Notes: generated from the letters alone by a model not told the origin. A stretch of 64,000 nt of DNA from Rhodospirillum sp. (GCA_021741145.1 JAIOYK010000002.1:100170-164169), one strand, 5' to 3'. Shown: positions 34,280-47,368, counted from the stretch's first letter. Translations and numbers: made by a program.

Positions 34280-35426
34280 GGTCGGCGATGGCCAGACTGG
34301 AGGTCAGGCCCGGTGACTCTATCCCATAGAGGGCGAAATATCCGTTAACACCCGTTCGTGTCGATGTTTGGAATAGGAAATCCTTGGCGGCTTCCCCGGG
34401 GGCTTGGATTTTGGGCCGCATACCCGCGTAGTCCGGGCTCAGGCGGTCGGCGCTCAGGCCCGGCCAATAGCGTTGGATCGCCTCGATGAAGCCCAAGGCA
34501 CCGGCGGGGTTCACGGTGTAGTCGAAATGGGGGGAAGTGACGGTCCCCTCGTCGATCCATTCCGCGTCCGGGCCAAAGCGGCCCCGGCCCCCCAGATCCC
34601 GGGTGTAGTGCAGGCCAAGGGAGGCCTCTCCGGGGGTCGGGTAGATCAGCCGCTCGAAGGGTGGGCGACCGGAGAGGGAGAAATAGGAGCCCTTGCAGAA
34701 ATATTGAGGTGGGATGGTCGCCGGATCCAACCCGGCCAGGGCCCGGGCCAGGGGTTGGGCGCCATGACCGGCGGCGTTGACAACGGTCCTGGCCCGCAGG
34801 GTCAGGGGGTCCGCGCCGCCCGTGGTCAATTCCACGCCCCCGTCCACGGCGCGCCCGCCAAGCACGGGGGTGTTGAGCGCCAGCGCCGCTCCCTTGGCCT
34901 GGGCGTCGCCCAGCAGGGCCAACATATAGCCGTGGCTGTCGATGATCCCCGTTTGGGGCGAGTGCAGGGCCGCCACGCAGCGCAGATCCGGCTCCATGGT
35001 CCGGGCCTCGGCCGCTCTCAGCCAGACCAGTTCCACGCCCGCGGCCTTGGCCCGGGCCTGGACGGCCTTGAGGCGGGCAATCTCGGTCTCGCCCCCTTCC
35101 TTGGTGGCGACGATCAACTTGCCACAGCCGATGTGGGTGATCCCATGGGACCGGCAGAAGGCGTAAAGCTTGTCCCGTCCCTCCACGCAAAGACGGGCCT
35201 TCAGGCTGCCCTCGGCATAGTAAACCCCGGCGTGGATGACCTCGCTGTTCCGTGCCGAAGTGATCGTGCCAAAGGCGTCCTCCGCCTCCAGGATCAGGAC
35301 TTCCCGTCCTTCCAGCGCCAGGGCGCGGGCGACGGCCAGGCCGACCACGCCAGCGCCGACCACGATGGCGTCGACCGTTTCAACGGGGGCGGCGGTTTCG
35401 GGGGGAACGGAAAGGGCGTCGGTCAT
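34248..35426 (-). CDS. FAD-dependent oxidoreductase (DAO family, L-2-hydroxyglutarate oxidase-like)
   Basis: DAIVVGAGVVGLAVARALA (GxGxxG), SARNSEVIHAGVYY and the C-terminal GIESPGLTSSLAIA. The gene overlaps the downstream gene by 32 nt. Confidence 0.75.
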   Translation of the reverse strand: MTDALSVPPETAAPVETVDAIVVGAGVVGLAVARALALEGREVLILEAEDAFGTITSARNSEVIHAGVYYAEGSLKARLCVEGRDKLYAFCRSHGITHIGCGKLIVATKEGGETEIARLKAVQARAKAAGVELVWLRAAEARTMEPDLRCVAALHSPQTGIIDSHGYMLALLGDAQAKGAALALNTPVLGGRAVDGGVELTTGGADPLTLRARTVVNAAGHGAQPLARALAGLDPATIPPQYFCKGSYFSLSGRPPFERLIYPTPGEASLGLHYTRDLGGRGRFGPDAEWIDEGTVTSPHFDYTVNPAGALGFIEAIQRYWPGLSADRLSPDYAGMRPKIQAPGEAAKDFLFQTSTRTGVNGYFALYGIESPGLTSSLAIADLVAEGVRAAS

Positions 35427-35575
35427 GGGGCGCGTCCGTGCGGGTGGCTTGCGGGATGGTGGGAATCCGGGGGGCGGGAATGCGGCTCACGCATGGGAAT
35501 GCCCCTTGCCCAGGGCGCGGGAGCATGCCTTATTGGGGTCAAGCCCCCGTTGAATGCAAGCCGAAAGGTAAGCGC

Positions 35576-36622
35576 ATGCGCCTCTCCCGATATTCGTCGT
35601 CCCTGATTCTTGGGGCTTTCCTGGCCTTGTCCACACCCCAGGCCCAGGCCCAGACCGAGGATAAGGGAGCCGAGGCGAGCGCGGCGACGTCCCGCCCGGA
35701 CGTGCCCTATGCCTGGACCCAGGAGTTTCCTAAAACCGATTGGTTCACCCTGGACATGGATCCAAAGGATATCACCGATGGTGGTCCCACCCGGGACGGG
35801 ATCCCGGCCATCGACGAGCCCGTTTTTCGGCCCGCGAGCCAAATTCGTAAGGGTCAGATCGGCGACCAGGAGCCGGTGATCGGCGTCACGGTCGGCAAGG
35901 AGACCCGGGCCTATCCCCTGTCGGTGCTGATTTGGCATGAGGTGGTCAACGACACCTTGGACGGCGAGCCCATCGCCGTGACCTACAGCCCCCTGTGCAA
36001 TCTGACGGTGGTCTTCGACCGGAGGATGGACGGGCGGGCCCTGGATTTCGGCGTGACCGGCCGCCTGATCCATTCCTGCCAAATCCTCTACGACCGGGAG
36101 ACGGAATCCTGGTGGGAGCAGATGACCGGAGAGGCCATCGCCGGGGCGCATACCAGACAGATGCTACGGGAATTGCCTTCGCGCCTGGAAAGCTTCGGCG
36201 ACTTCAAGGAGCGGGCGGGACCCAATGCCCTGGTGCTGATTCCCTCCGAACCGAGCAAGCGCCAATACGGCACCAACCCCTATTGGGGCTATGACCGTTC
36301 CACCCAACCCATGCTTTACAAGGGCGACCTGCCCGAGGGAATCGCGCCGCTCAAGCGGGTGGTCTTCGTCGGCGAAAGGGCCTGGTCCCTGGATCTGCTC
36401 AGGGAGAAGGGCGAGATTGTCGAGGGGGATGTCGTGATTACTTTCGTCCCCGGTCAGGTCAGCATGGTCGACGCGCCAGACATTTCCCGCAGCCGCCCCG
36501 TGGGTGGGGTGACCGTCCAGCGGCGGAAGGCGGACGGGAGTCTGGTCGATATCCACCACGGCGTGGTCTTCGCCTTCGTCTTCCACGCCTTCTTTCCCGA
36601 AGGCGAGATCGTTACCGAGTAG
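35576..36622 (+). CDS. secreted DUF3179-like protein
   Basis: Signal peptide MRLSRYSSSLILGAFLALSTPQAQA. RDGIPAIDEPVF, AYPLSVLIWHEVVND, VTYSPLC and ESWWEQMTGEA fit the DUF3179 pattern as I recall it. The start is trimmed to 35576. Confidence 0.7.
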   Translation: MRLSRYSSSLILGAFLALSTPQAQAQTEDKGAEASAATSRPDVPYAWTQEFPKTDWFTLDMDPKDITDGGPTRDGIPAIDEPVFRPASQIRKGQIGDQEPVIGVTVGKETRAYPLSVLIWHEVVNDTLDGEPIAVTYSPLCNLTVVFDRRMDGRALDFGVTGRLIHSCQILYDRETESWWEQMTGEAIAGAHTRQMLRELPSRLESFGDFKERAGPNALVLIPSEPSKRQYGTNPYWGYDRSTQPMLYKGDLPEGIAPLKRVVFVGERAWSLDLLREKGEIVEGDVVITFVPGQVSMVDAPDISRSRPVGGVTVQRRKADGSLVDIHHGVVFAFVFHAFFPEGEIVTE

Positions 36623-37157
36623 CTTGGGACGGCGTGGAGGCCAGCATCAGGGAGACCAGGGCGCGGAAGGGGGCGACGAGCACGAGGCCCATCGCCAGCT
36701 TGACCCCGAAATCACCGAGCGCCCAGGTTACCCAGGGCAAGTCCTTTCCGGCGAAGGCCAGGGAGAAGAACAGGCTGGTGTCGACGATGGATCCCAGGAC
36801 CGTGGAGACGAAGGGCGGCATCCACCAGACCCGGTCCCGCAGACGATTGAAGACAAGGACGTCCAGAAGCTGGGCGCATAGGAAGGCCGTGCCGGAGGCC
36901 AGCGCGATGCGCGGACTGGCCAGTAGGAAACTCAGCAGGACCGCGCAGGTGAAACCCGCGTAGACCACCATGCGGGCCCTGGCTGGACCATGGACACGGT
37001 TGGTGACGTCGGTCACGAGGAATGCCACCGGATAGGTGAGCGCCCCCCAGGTCAGCCAGTCGTTGATGGGCAACTGGACGAGGTAGTTGGAGGCGGCCAC
37101 GACCACGGTCATGACCGAGACGGCCACGAACAAAGGCGCGGAAATCCGTGCGGGCAT
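36612..37157 (-). CDS. yhhQ: queuosine-precursor transporter (YhhQ/VUT family)
   Basis: 181 aa with 5-6 hydrophobic helices. The motifs are TYPVAFLVTDVTNRVHG, AQLLDVLVFNRLR and SIVDTSLFFSLAF. Confidence 0.8.
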   Translation of the reverse strand: MPARISAPLFVAVSVMTVVVAASNYLVQLPINDWLTWGALTYPVAFLVTDVTNRVHGPARARMVVYAGFTCAVLLSFLLASPRIALASGTAFLCAQLLDVLVFNRLRDRVWWMPPFVSTVLGSIVDTSLFFSLAFAGKDLPWVTWALGDFGVKLAMGLVLVAPFRALVSLMLASTPSQATR

Positions 37158-37448
37158 CGGCTGTATCCTGAATGAGAGCAGACTCCTGATTACCGCGGCT
37201 TGCGCGGGGCAGGCAAGGAAAAGCCGATTCTGGGCATGGCGGTTCTGGGGGAGCGGCCGGACCCCTCGGTTCTCTTGGCCCCGCCCTTGATCGTCGCGGC
37301 CGTGGGTCTGGTGGTCTTTCGCCCGGCGGTGACGGGGAAACCTTAGGTTTTTTGAGGCTTAGCCCAAGATCTCCCAGGGTGTTCATCGGGACGGCGGATG
37401 GGTATTCTCTGGACCCAGGCACTCCCGATACAAAAGGCCCCCCAAACC

Positions 37449-39518
37449 ATGCGCGCCGAATTGCCCCTGTCGACCTGTCCCCACGATTGCTTCAGCGTCT
37501 GCGGCCTGGAGGCCGAGATCTCCGACGAGGGGAAGATCACCCGGCTGCGGGGATCCCGGGCGAACACCTATACCGAGGGCGTGATCTGCGCCAAGGTCGC
37601 CCGCTATGACCAGCGCATCAACCACCCGGACCGCTTGACCGAGCCCCTGCTGCGCGTCGGTCCGAAGGGATCGGGCCAGTTCACGTCCATCTCCTGGGAC
37701 GAGGCTCTGGACCGGACCGCGGAGGGCTTCCTGCGCGCCGCCCAGACCCATGGGGCGGAGACGGTCTGGCCCTACAACTACGCGGGCACCATGGGGCTGG
37801 TGCAGCGGGACGGCTTGATCCGCCTGACCAACGCCATGGGCTATTCCAAGCAGTTGGGAACCATCTGCATGGGCTTCGGTTCGCCGGGTTGGGCCGCGGG
37901 CGTGGGTCATGGGGTGGGCGTCGATCCGCGAGAGATCGCCAAGTCCGAGCTTCTGGTCTTCTGGGGCCTGAACGCCGTTCACACCCAGGTCCAACTCATG
38001 AACTGGGCCAAGAAGGCCAAAAAGAGCCAGGGCGCCCCGCTGGTGGTGATCGACCCCTACCGCAACGCCACCGCCGAGAAGGCCGATATCCACCTGATGC
38101 TCCGCCCGGGCACCGATGGGGCGCTGGCCTGCGCGGTCCTGCATGTGCTGCTCAAGGAAGGCTTCGCCGACCGGGACTACATGGCCCGCCACACGGACAA
38201 TCCCGCCGAACTGGAGACTCACCTGGAAAGCCGCACGCCCGCCTGGGCCGCGGCGATCACCGGATTGAGCGAGGCGGAAATCGTCGACTTCGCGCGGCTC
38301 TACGGGCGAACCAAGCGGTCCTATATTCGATTCGGGGTCGGATTCACCCGCCAGCGCAACGGCTCCGCGGCCATGCACGCGGCGAGTTGCCTACCCGCGG
38401 TCAGCGGCGCCTGGGCCCATGAGGGGGGCGGTGCCTTGTTCTCCCACAGCGGTCTGTTCAAGATCGATTCGGGTCTGATACAAGGCTCGGACCTGGCCGA
38501 TCCCAGGGTCCGAACCCTGAATATGGTGGACCTGCCCGCGGTGCTGGAGGGCGACGCCAAGGCCCTGAAGGGGGGGCCTCCAGTCACCGCCATGATCATC
38601 CAGAACACCAATCCCATGGTGGTCAATCCCGACAGCGGCCGAGTCCACGCCGGATTCGCCCGGGAGGATCTGTTCACCGTGGTGCATGAGCAGTTCATGA
38701 CGGAAACCGCGGCCATGGCCGATATTGTTTTACCGGCCACCATGTTCCTGGAGCATCCGGACCTCTACAAGGCCGGAGGGCACTCCTATTTGCAGGTGGC
38801 CAAGGCGCTGGTGGACCCGCCGGGGCAATGCCGCTCCAACCATGAGGTGGTGTGTGCCCTGGCCAAGCGGTTGGGGGCGGACCATCCGGGGTTCGATATG
38901 TCCGCCTGGGACATCATCGAGGCGACTCTGGCGGCCTCCGGCCTGCCGGAAGCGGAGGAAATCTATCGGCGCGGCGGTCTGGATGGTCAACCCGAGGCCT
39001 TCGAGGACGCCCATTTCCTGTCGGGTTTTCCGACCAACGACGGGAAATTCCACTTCCGGCCCGATTGGAAGGGGGACTTGGCCGACGTGATGCCCGCGCT
39101 GCCCGACCACATGGCGGTGATCGAGGAGGCGGACTCGGACTATCCCTTCCGCCTGGTGACGGCTCCGGCACGGAATTACCTGAACAGCAGCTTCACCGAG
39201 ACTCCCGAGTCCATCCGCAATGAGAAGCGCCCGGAACTGATGGTTCATCCGAAGGACGCCGCCGCTCTGGGCCTGGGTGACGGAGACCTTGCCCGGGTGA
39301 CAAGCCGAAGAGGCTATATTGACATCCACCTCCGCTTGTTCGAGGGATTGTCCCGGGGCGTGATGGTCACGGAGACCCTTTGGCCGAACCGGGCGTTTGT
39401 CGGCGGCAAGGGAGTCAACCACCTGACCAACGCGGACCCCGGGCCTCCCTTGGGTGGGGCGGCTCTCCATGATACCGCCGCGCGGCTGGAAAAGAGTCCC
39501 CTCGACCCGGACTTCTGA
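37449..39518 (+). CDS. molybdopterin-dependent oxidoreductase (MopB superfamily)
   Basis: N-terminal Cys cluster STCPHDCFSVCGL...ICAK (Fe-S motif). LVVIDPYRN, GTDGALA and the C-terminal molybdopterin-binding barrel FRLVTAPARNYLNSSF...VHPKDAAALGLGDGD. The start is trimmed to MRAEL (37449). Confidence 0.85.
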   Translation: MRAELPLSTCPHDCFSVCGLEAEISDEGKITRLRGSRANTYTEGVICAKVARYDQRINHPDRLTEPLLRVGPKGSGQFTSISWDEALDRTAEGFLRAAQTHGAETVWPYNYAGTMGLVQRDGLIRLTNAMGYSKQLGTICMGFGSPGWAAGVGHGVGVDPREIAKSELLVFWGLNAVHTQVQLMNWAKKAKKSQGAPLVVIDPYRNATAEKADIHLMLRPGTDGALACAVLHVLLKEGFADRDYMARHTDNPAELETHLESRTPAWAAAITGLSEAEIVDFARLYGRTKRSYIRFGVGFTRQRNGSAAMHAASCLPAVSGAWAHEGGGALFSHSGLFKIDSGLIQGSDLADPRVRTLNMVDLPAVLEGDAKALKGGPPVTAMIIQNTNPMVVNPDSGRVHAGFAREDLFTVVHEQFMTETAAMADIVLPATMFLEHPDLYKAGGHSYLQVAKALVDPPGQCRSNHEVVCALAKRLGADHPGFDMSAWDIIEATLAASGLPEAEEIYRRGGLDGQPEAFEDAHFLSGFPTNDGKFHFRPDWKGDLADVMPALPDHMAVIEEADSDYPFRLVTAPARNYLNSSFTETPESIRNEKRPELMVHPKDAAALGLGDGDLARVTSRRGYIDIHLRLFEGLSRGVMVTETLWPNRAFVGGKGVNHLTNADPGPPLGGAALHDTAARLEKSPLDPDF

Positions 39519-39550
39519 TCCGTCGACGCCGGAGAGGGGCACGAGACGGA

Positions 39551-40360
39551 ATGGATGAAGTGACCGGCGGAACGGGCAAAGCCCGTGTGATTGTCATCGG
39601 CAACCAGAAGGGGGGCTCGGGCAAGTCGACGGTGGCCATGCACTTGGTCGTGGGGCTGGCCCGCGCGCGCTATCGCGTTGGCTCCATTGATCTGGATGCC
39701 GGGCAGGCAACCCTGACCCGCTATATCGAGAACCGCCGGGCCTTTGGCGAGAAGCGGGACATGGACCTGCCCGGGCCGGAGCACATGCCCCTCGCCCCGG
39801 GCACCAGTGCCGAGGCCGACGAGCGCCGCCTGGAACAGGCCATGTTGGCCTTCGACGAACAGGTGGACGTGGTGGTGATCGACACACCGGGAACGGACAC
39901 GCCGCTGAACCGGGCGGCCCACGGGCTCGCGGATATTCTGGTCACGCCCCTCAACGACAGCTTCGTGGACCTGGATGTGCTCGCCCGGGTGGATGGAGAG
40001 ACCTTGAACATCACCGGCCCGAGCCCTTATGCCCAAACGGTTTGGGAAGCCAAGATGGCCCGGGCCCGGCGCGATGGCACGACCATGCGCTGGATCGTGT
40101 TGCGCAATCGCCTGTCGCACCTGGACGCGCGGAACAAGCGAGAGATGGAAGAGGCCCTGAACGACCTTGCCAAGCGCATTGGCTTCACGGTCATTCCCGG
40201 CCTGGGCGAACGGGTGATCTACCGTGAGATGTTCCTGAACGGCCTGACCCTGCTGGACCTGAAGGACAAGGGGTCTGGCGTGGACATGAAAATGTCCCAT
40301 GTGGCCGCCCGCAATGAGCTGCGCGGTGTGTTGCAGGCACTGGGGGTGGACGCGGGATAA
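39551..40360 (+). CDS. mipZ: division-plane positioning ParA-like ATPase MipZ
   Basis: VIVIGNQKGGSGKSTVAMHLVVGL (deviant Walker A), IDLDAGQATLTRYIENRRAF, VVIDTPG, TPLNDSFVDLDVL, WIVLRNRL, RIGFTVIPGLGERVIYREMF. The protein is collinear with Caulobacter MipZ as I recall it. Confidence 0.9.
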   Translation: MDEVTGGTGKARVIVIGNQKGGSGKSTVAMHLVVGLARARYRVGSIDLDAGQATLTRYIENRRAFGEKRDMDLPGPEHMPLAPGTSAEADERRLEQAMLAFDEQVDVVVIDTPGTDTPLNRAAHGLADILVTPLNDSFVDLDVLARVDGETLNITGPSPYAQTVWEAKMARARRDGTTMRWIVLRNRLSHLDARNKREMEEALNDLAKRIGFTVIPGLGERVIYREMFLNGLTLLDLKDKGSGVDMKMSHVAARNELRGVLQALGVDAG

Positions 40361-40363
40361 GTC

Positions 40364-41317
40364 CTACTTCGCCGCGCTCAGTTCCCCTTCGAAATAGGCG
40401 ATGGTCTTCTTCAGTCCCTCGACCACGGGCACCTTGGGTTCCCAGCCGAGCAAGGCCCGGGCCTTGGTGATATTCGGTTGGCGCTGGCGGGGGTCGTCCT
40501 CGGGCAGGGGTCTGTGGATCAGCGTCGACTTTGATCCCGTCAGCGTGATGACCGTTTCCGCCAACTCGCGGATGGTGATCTCGTGGGGATTGCCCAGGTT
40601 CATCGGCCCCGTCTCCGAGGCATCCGTGTCCATGAAGGCGGTCATGCCCGCCAGCAGGTCGTCCACGTAGCAGAAGGACCGGGTCTGGTCGCCCTCGCCA
40701 TAAAGGGTGATGGGCTCGTTCTTGAGCGCTTGGATGATGAAGTTCGACACCACCCGGCCGTCGTTGGGGTGCATGCGCGGGCCATAGGTGTTGAAGATCC
40801 GGATGACCTTGATCTCCACCCCGAATTGCCGGTTGTAATCGAAGAACAGGGTTTCGGCGCAGCGTTTGCCCTCGTCGTAGCAGGCCCGGGGGCCGATGGG
40901 GTTCACGTTGCCGCGGTAGTCTTCCGTCTGGGGGTGAACCGTGGGGTCGCCATAGACCTCGCTGGTCGAGGCCTGGAGGATCCGCGCCTTGGTCCGCTTG
41001 GCCAGTCCCAGCATGTTGATCGCGCCGTGGACGCTGGTCTTCGTGGTCTGCACCGGATCGAATTGGTAATGGATGGGGCTCGCCGGGCAGGCCAGATTAT
41101 AAATCTCGTCCACCTCGACATAAAGGGGGAAGGTCACGTCGTGGCGCATCAGCTCGAAATAGGGGCTTCCCATCAGGTGGGCGACATTGGCCCGTTGGCC
41201 GGTGAAGAAGTTGTCGACGCAGAGCACGTCGCAATCCCGTGACAGCAGCAACTCGCAGAGGTGGGACCCCAGGAACCCAGCGCCGCCGGTGACCAAAACC
41301 TTCTTCCGAGTCTTCAT
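40364..41317 (-). CDS. uxs: UDP-glucuronate decarboxylase (UDP-xylose synthase)
   Basis: [54 protein letters not shown] (YxxxK) and IFNTYGPRM are classic UXS blocks. Confidence 0.9.
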   Translation of the reverse strand: MKTRKKVLVTGGAGFLGSHLCELLLSRDCDVLCVDNFFTGQRANVAHLMGSPYFELMRHDVTFPLYVEVDEIYNLACPASPIHYQFDPVQTTKTSVHGAINMLGLAKRTKARILQASTSEVYGDPTVHPQTEDYRGNVNPIGPRACYDEGKRCAETLFFDYNRQFGVEIKVIRIFNTYGPRMHPNDGRVVSNFIIQALKNEPITLYGEGDQTRSFCYVDDLLAGMTAFMDTDASETGPMNLGNPHEITIRELAETVITLTGSKSTLIHRPLPEDDPRQRQPNITKARALLGWEPKVPVVEGLKKTIAYFEGELSAAK

Positions 41318-41496
41318 AACCGCAACCCCTTCTGGATCCCAATGCCGACCATCGCGGGGTCGGAGAATGGGAAATCTTAAGTCGCCAAAGGTTGATCAAA
41401 GGTGAAGCCGCCCCGGGAGGACCGATAAAACTTGCCCGAATCCGGTGGCGAAACCATCTTGGAAGAAGGCATTCGAACCATACTCCCAGGGACTTC

Positions 41497-42234
41497 ATGA
41501 CCGACCTCCCCCGCGAAACCGCGCCCCCCGCATCGAAGCCACCGGTCTCGAAAACGGACAGTGCCGTATCGGCCTTCCTGGAGCAGGTGGCGCGTCTGCC
41601 CGCCAAGGGGGCGGGCGGTCTTCCAAGGGGGCGGCTGCTTTTCGCCCTGGACGCCACCGCCAGCCGAGAGCCCACCTGGGACATGGCCTGCTCCCTGCAA
41701 GCCGACATGTTCACCGAAACCGCCGGGATCGGCGGCCTGGACGTGAGCTTGGCCTTCTACCGGGGATTTGGAGAATGCAAGGCCGGTCCCTGGGTTTCCG
41801 ATCCCCGGGCCTTGCTGAGCTTGATGGGAAAGGTGCGGTGCGCCGCGGGGCGGACCCAGATTGGCCGGATCCTCGACCATGCCCTGTCGGAAACCCGGAA
41901 GGACAGGGTGAATGCCCTGGTCTTCGTCGGGGACCGCATGGAGGAAGACGCCGATTCCCTCGCCGATCAGGCGGGGCGGCTGGGACTGTTGGGCCTGCCC
42001 ATTTTCCCCTTCCTGGAGGGCTTTGATCCGGGAGCCGAGCGGAGCTTTCGCCAGATCGCCAAGGTTTCCGGGGGCGCCTTCTGTCGCTTCGACGCCGGAG
42101 CCGCGACACAATTGAGAAGCCTGCTGCGCGCCGTCGCCATCTATGCCGCGGGCGGACGAAAAGCCCTGGAAGACTACGGGAGCCGGGGCGGGGAAGGCGC
42201 GCGCCTGCTGCTTCCGTCCTTGGCCAAACACTAG
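41497..42234 (+). CDS. VWA (von Willebrand factor A)-like domain protein
   Basis: LLFALDATASREPTWD is a DxTxS-type MIDAS-like start. GRTQIGRILDHAL and ALVFVGDRMEED follow the VWA beta-alpha alternation. The start is trimmed to MTDLPRE (41497). Confidence 0.6.
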   Translation: MTDLPRETAPPASKPPVSKTDSAVSAFLEQVARLPAKGAGGLPRGRLLFALDATASREPTWDMACSLQADMFTETAGIGGLDVSLAFYRGFGECKAGPWVSDPRALLSLMGKVRCAAGRTQIGRILDHALSETRKDRVNALVFVGDRMEEDADSLADQAGRLGLLGLPIFPFLEGFDPGAERSFRQIAKVSGGAFCRFDAGAATQLRSLLRAVAIYAAGGRKALEDYGSRGGEGARLLLPSLAKH

Positions 42235-42244
42235 GGGCGGAGCC

Positions 42245-43024
42245 ATGTTTCCAGCCTTTCTCTTTGGTCTGTTGCTGCTGGTGGGGCTGACCCTATTGGC
42301 CAAATGGTTCGTCAATACCGAGCCCCGACAGGTCTTGCGTGCCCTCTATTGGGTCGTGGGCATTTTGATTCTCGCGTCTGGTCTGTTTCTGGCCTTGACC
42401 GGGCGCCTGGGTTGGGCCGCGGCGGCCTTGGGGGCGACCCTGCCCTGGGGGGTACGGATCCTCAGGGCCGCCGGGGTGATCCAGGTCTTGCGAGGTCTGT
42501 TCGGTGGCGTCGGCTCCTTCGGAAGTGGTCCGGGACGAGGGGAAGGGGCCTCCACCGGGGGGCGGACGTCCGAAGTGTCGTCTCCGTATCTGCGAATGAA
42601 GTTAAGCCATGACACAGGCGAAATGATGGGGGTGGTGCGAACCGGTCCCCTGGCCGGGCGGACCCTGGACAGTCTGGATGAGGGAGAACTTAAGGCCTTG
42701 ATTCAATTTGTTTCCGATGATCCGGACAGCTGGGCTCTTCTGGAAAGTTGGCTCGACAGGGAACGGTCCGGATGGCGGGAGTCCGGGACCGGACAGGGAT
42801 CGGACACCCGCGCGGGACCGGACAGCGGCGGCGCCATGACCCGGGTCGAGGCGCTCTCCATCCTCGGCCTGGAGGACCCCGTGGATGGGGAGGCCGTCCG
42901 CGCCGCCTACCGTCGTCTGATGCGTCGGGCGCACCCGGACCATGGGGGAAGTACCTGGCTGGCGGCCAAGGTCAATCAGGCGCGGGAGGTACTGGTGAAC
43001 GGCGAGACGCGCAATTCCCCTTGA
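42245..43024 (+). CDS. membrane-anchored protein with C-terminal J domain (DnaJ-like co-chaperone)
   Basis: Two N-terminal TM helices (FLFGLLLLVGLTLLA, VVGILILASGLFLAL). The C-terminal ALSILGLEDPVDGEAVRAAYRRLMRRAHPDHGGS carries the HPD J-domain motif. The gene starts 11 nt after the VWA stop. Confidence 0.7.
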   Translation: MFPAFLFGLLLLVGLTLLAKWFVNTEPRQVLRALYWVVGILILASGLFLALTGRLGWAAAALGATLPWGVRILRAAGVIQVLRGLFGGVGSFGSGPGRGEGASTGGRTSEVSSPYLRMKLSHDTGEMMGVVRTGPLAGRTLDSLDEGELKALIQFVSDDPDSWALLESWLDRERSGWRESGTGQGSDTRAGPDSGGAMTRVEALSILGLEDPVDGEAVRAAYRRLMRRAHPDHGGSTWLAAKVNQAREVLVNGETRNSP

Positions 43025-43248
43025 ACCAAAGGGGCAATGGCGCGTTTCCTTGGAAGCCCCCTTCGAGGGGGTGGCGGTTCCCATTGGCGTAACCCTTTCG
43101 TAACATGGAGAATCGGTCATGTTTGCCAGGAAACCTCGCTTGCGGTTCCTCGGTTGGCGTGGCATTAACGGCAATGCTGGTCGCTTGGTCGAACCCACTC
43201 CCAGGGGGTCCCGATGCGTCCCCAGCTCGAACTGAGAGAGGTCGTATT

Positions 43249-44127
43249 ATGTCCCGACGCGTGCGCAAGGCCGTCTTCCCCGTCGCGGGAATGGGTACTC
43301 GCTTCCTGCCCGCCACCAAGACCATGCCCAAGGAAATGCTGCCCGTCGTTGATAAGCCCCTGATTCAATACGCCGTCGAAGAAGCCGCGGCCGCGGGGAT
43401 CGATAATTTCATCTTCGTGACCGGTCGGGGCAAACATGTCCTGATGAGCCACTTCGATCACATGCCCGAGCTTGAGGCCATGCTCGAGGAGAAGGGCAAA
43501 ACCGATATCCTCGAAAATCTGCTGGGTTCGATGCCGGCACCGGGCAAGGTCTTCGCCACCCGCCAACAACAGCCCCTTGGTTTGGGGCACGCGGTGTGGT
43601 GCGCCCGAGCTTTCGTTGGCGACGAACCTTTCGCCGTTCTTCTGCCAGACGATCTCGTTTTATCCGAGAAACCTTGCATCGGACAGTTGATCGAGGCCTA
43701 TGAGGCCACCGGTGGCAATGTGGTCGCCGTGGAAGACGTCCCCCGGGGTCGCACCAACAAATACGGTATCCTCGATGTGGTCGAGGACGATGGGCGATTG
43801 GCCCGCGCCAAGGGTCTGGTGGAAAAGCCTGAACCCGACGCGGCGCCCTCGACCATGGCGATCATTGGCCGCTATGTCCTGGATCCGGGTATTTTCGATC
43901 TTCTGGAAAATCTGCCCCGGGGAGCGGGCGGAGAGATTCAGTTGACCGATGCCATGAACGCTCAGATCGCGGATGTTCCCTTCCACGGCCTGCGCTACGA
44001 GGGGACCCGCTACGACTGCGGCGATAAGGTCGGGTTCCAGCAGGCAAACATCGCCTATGCCCTGGCCCGACCGGACATGCGCGAGGCCATGAAACAGGTT
44101 CTGCGGGGGTTCGCCAAGGACCTGTAG
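43249..44127 (+). CDS. galU: UTP--glucose-1-phosphate uridylyltransferase
   Basis: KAVFPVAGMGTRFLPATKTMPKEMLPVVDKPLIQY, GLGHAV, LLPDD, VEKP and GRYVL are canonical GalU blocks. GAGAGAGG precedes the ATG at 43249. Confidence 0.92.
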   Translation: MSRRVRKAVFPVAGMGTRFLPATKTMPKEMLPVVDKPLIQYAVEEAAAAGIDNFIFVTGRGKHVLMSHFDHMPELEAMLEEKGKTDILENLLGSMPAPGKVFATRQQQPLGLGHAVWCARAFVGDEPFAVLLPDDLVLSEKPCIGQLIEAYEATGGNVVAVEDVPRGRTNKYGILDVVEDDGRLARAKGLVEKPEPDAAPSTMAIIGRYVLDPGIFDLLENLPRGAGGEIQLTDAMNAQIADVPFHGLRYEGTRYDCGDKVGFQQANIAYALARPDMREAMKQVLRGFAKDL

Positions 44128-44170
44128 GAGGACAACCGGAGTGGCGCCCTGGGACGCAGCTCTTTTTCCA

Positions 44171-44289
44171 TCGAAGGCGTCTCCGCGCCTTGCTTCTTAA
44201 TCGAAGGCGTCTCCGCGCCTTGCTTTTAATCGAAGGCGCCCCTGTGCCTTCCGTTTTAATCGAAGGGGCGGCCGCGCCTTCTTCCCCAG
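44171..44289. repeat. four tandem ~30-bp units, each a small GC hairpin plus T-rich tail
   Basis: Units start at 44171, 44201, 44230 and 44260: TCGAAGGCGTCTCCGCGCCTTGCTTCTTAA, TCGAAGGCGTCTCCGCGCCTTGCTTTTAA, TCGAAGGCGCCCCTGTGCCTTCCGTTTTAA, TCGAAGGGGCGGCCGCGCCTTCTTCCCCAG. Each has an AAGGCG...CGCCTT stem. There are no unique spacers between units. Confidence 0.9.
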
Positions 44290-44329
44290 ACGCGCTCCAA
44301 TGGGGCGCTCGCCATTGCGGAGTACGACA

Positions 44330-47368
<3,039 letters not shown>

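Noticed and set aside
37341-37385. preQ1-I-like riboswitch upstream of yhhQ. The minus strand reads GGGAGAUCUUGGGCUAAGCCUCAAAAAACCUAAGG, reminiscent of the B. subtilis ...CCCUCUAUAAAAAACUAAGG tail.
   Set aside because: The P1 helix would have only about 3 bp. The element is about 185 nt from the yhhQ start rather than overlapping its SD, and no terminator follows. It is closer to the divergent molybdoenzyme gene. A cmscan with the preQ1 models would settle it.
44171-44289. Possible CRISPR array, suggested by regularly spaced ~30-bp repeats.
   Set aside because: The repeats are directly abutting with no unique spacers, there are only four units, they degenerate progressively, and no cas genes are present. 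It is a tandem repeat, not a CRISPR array.
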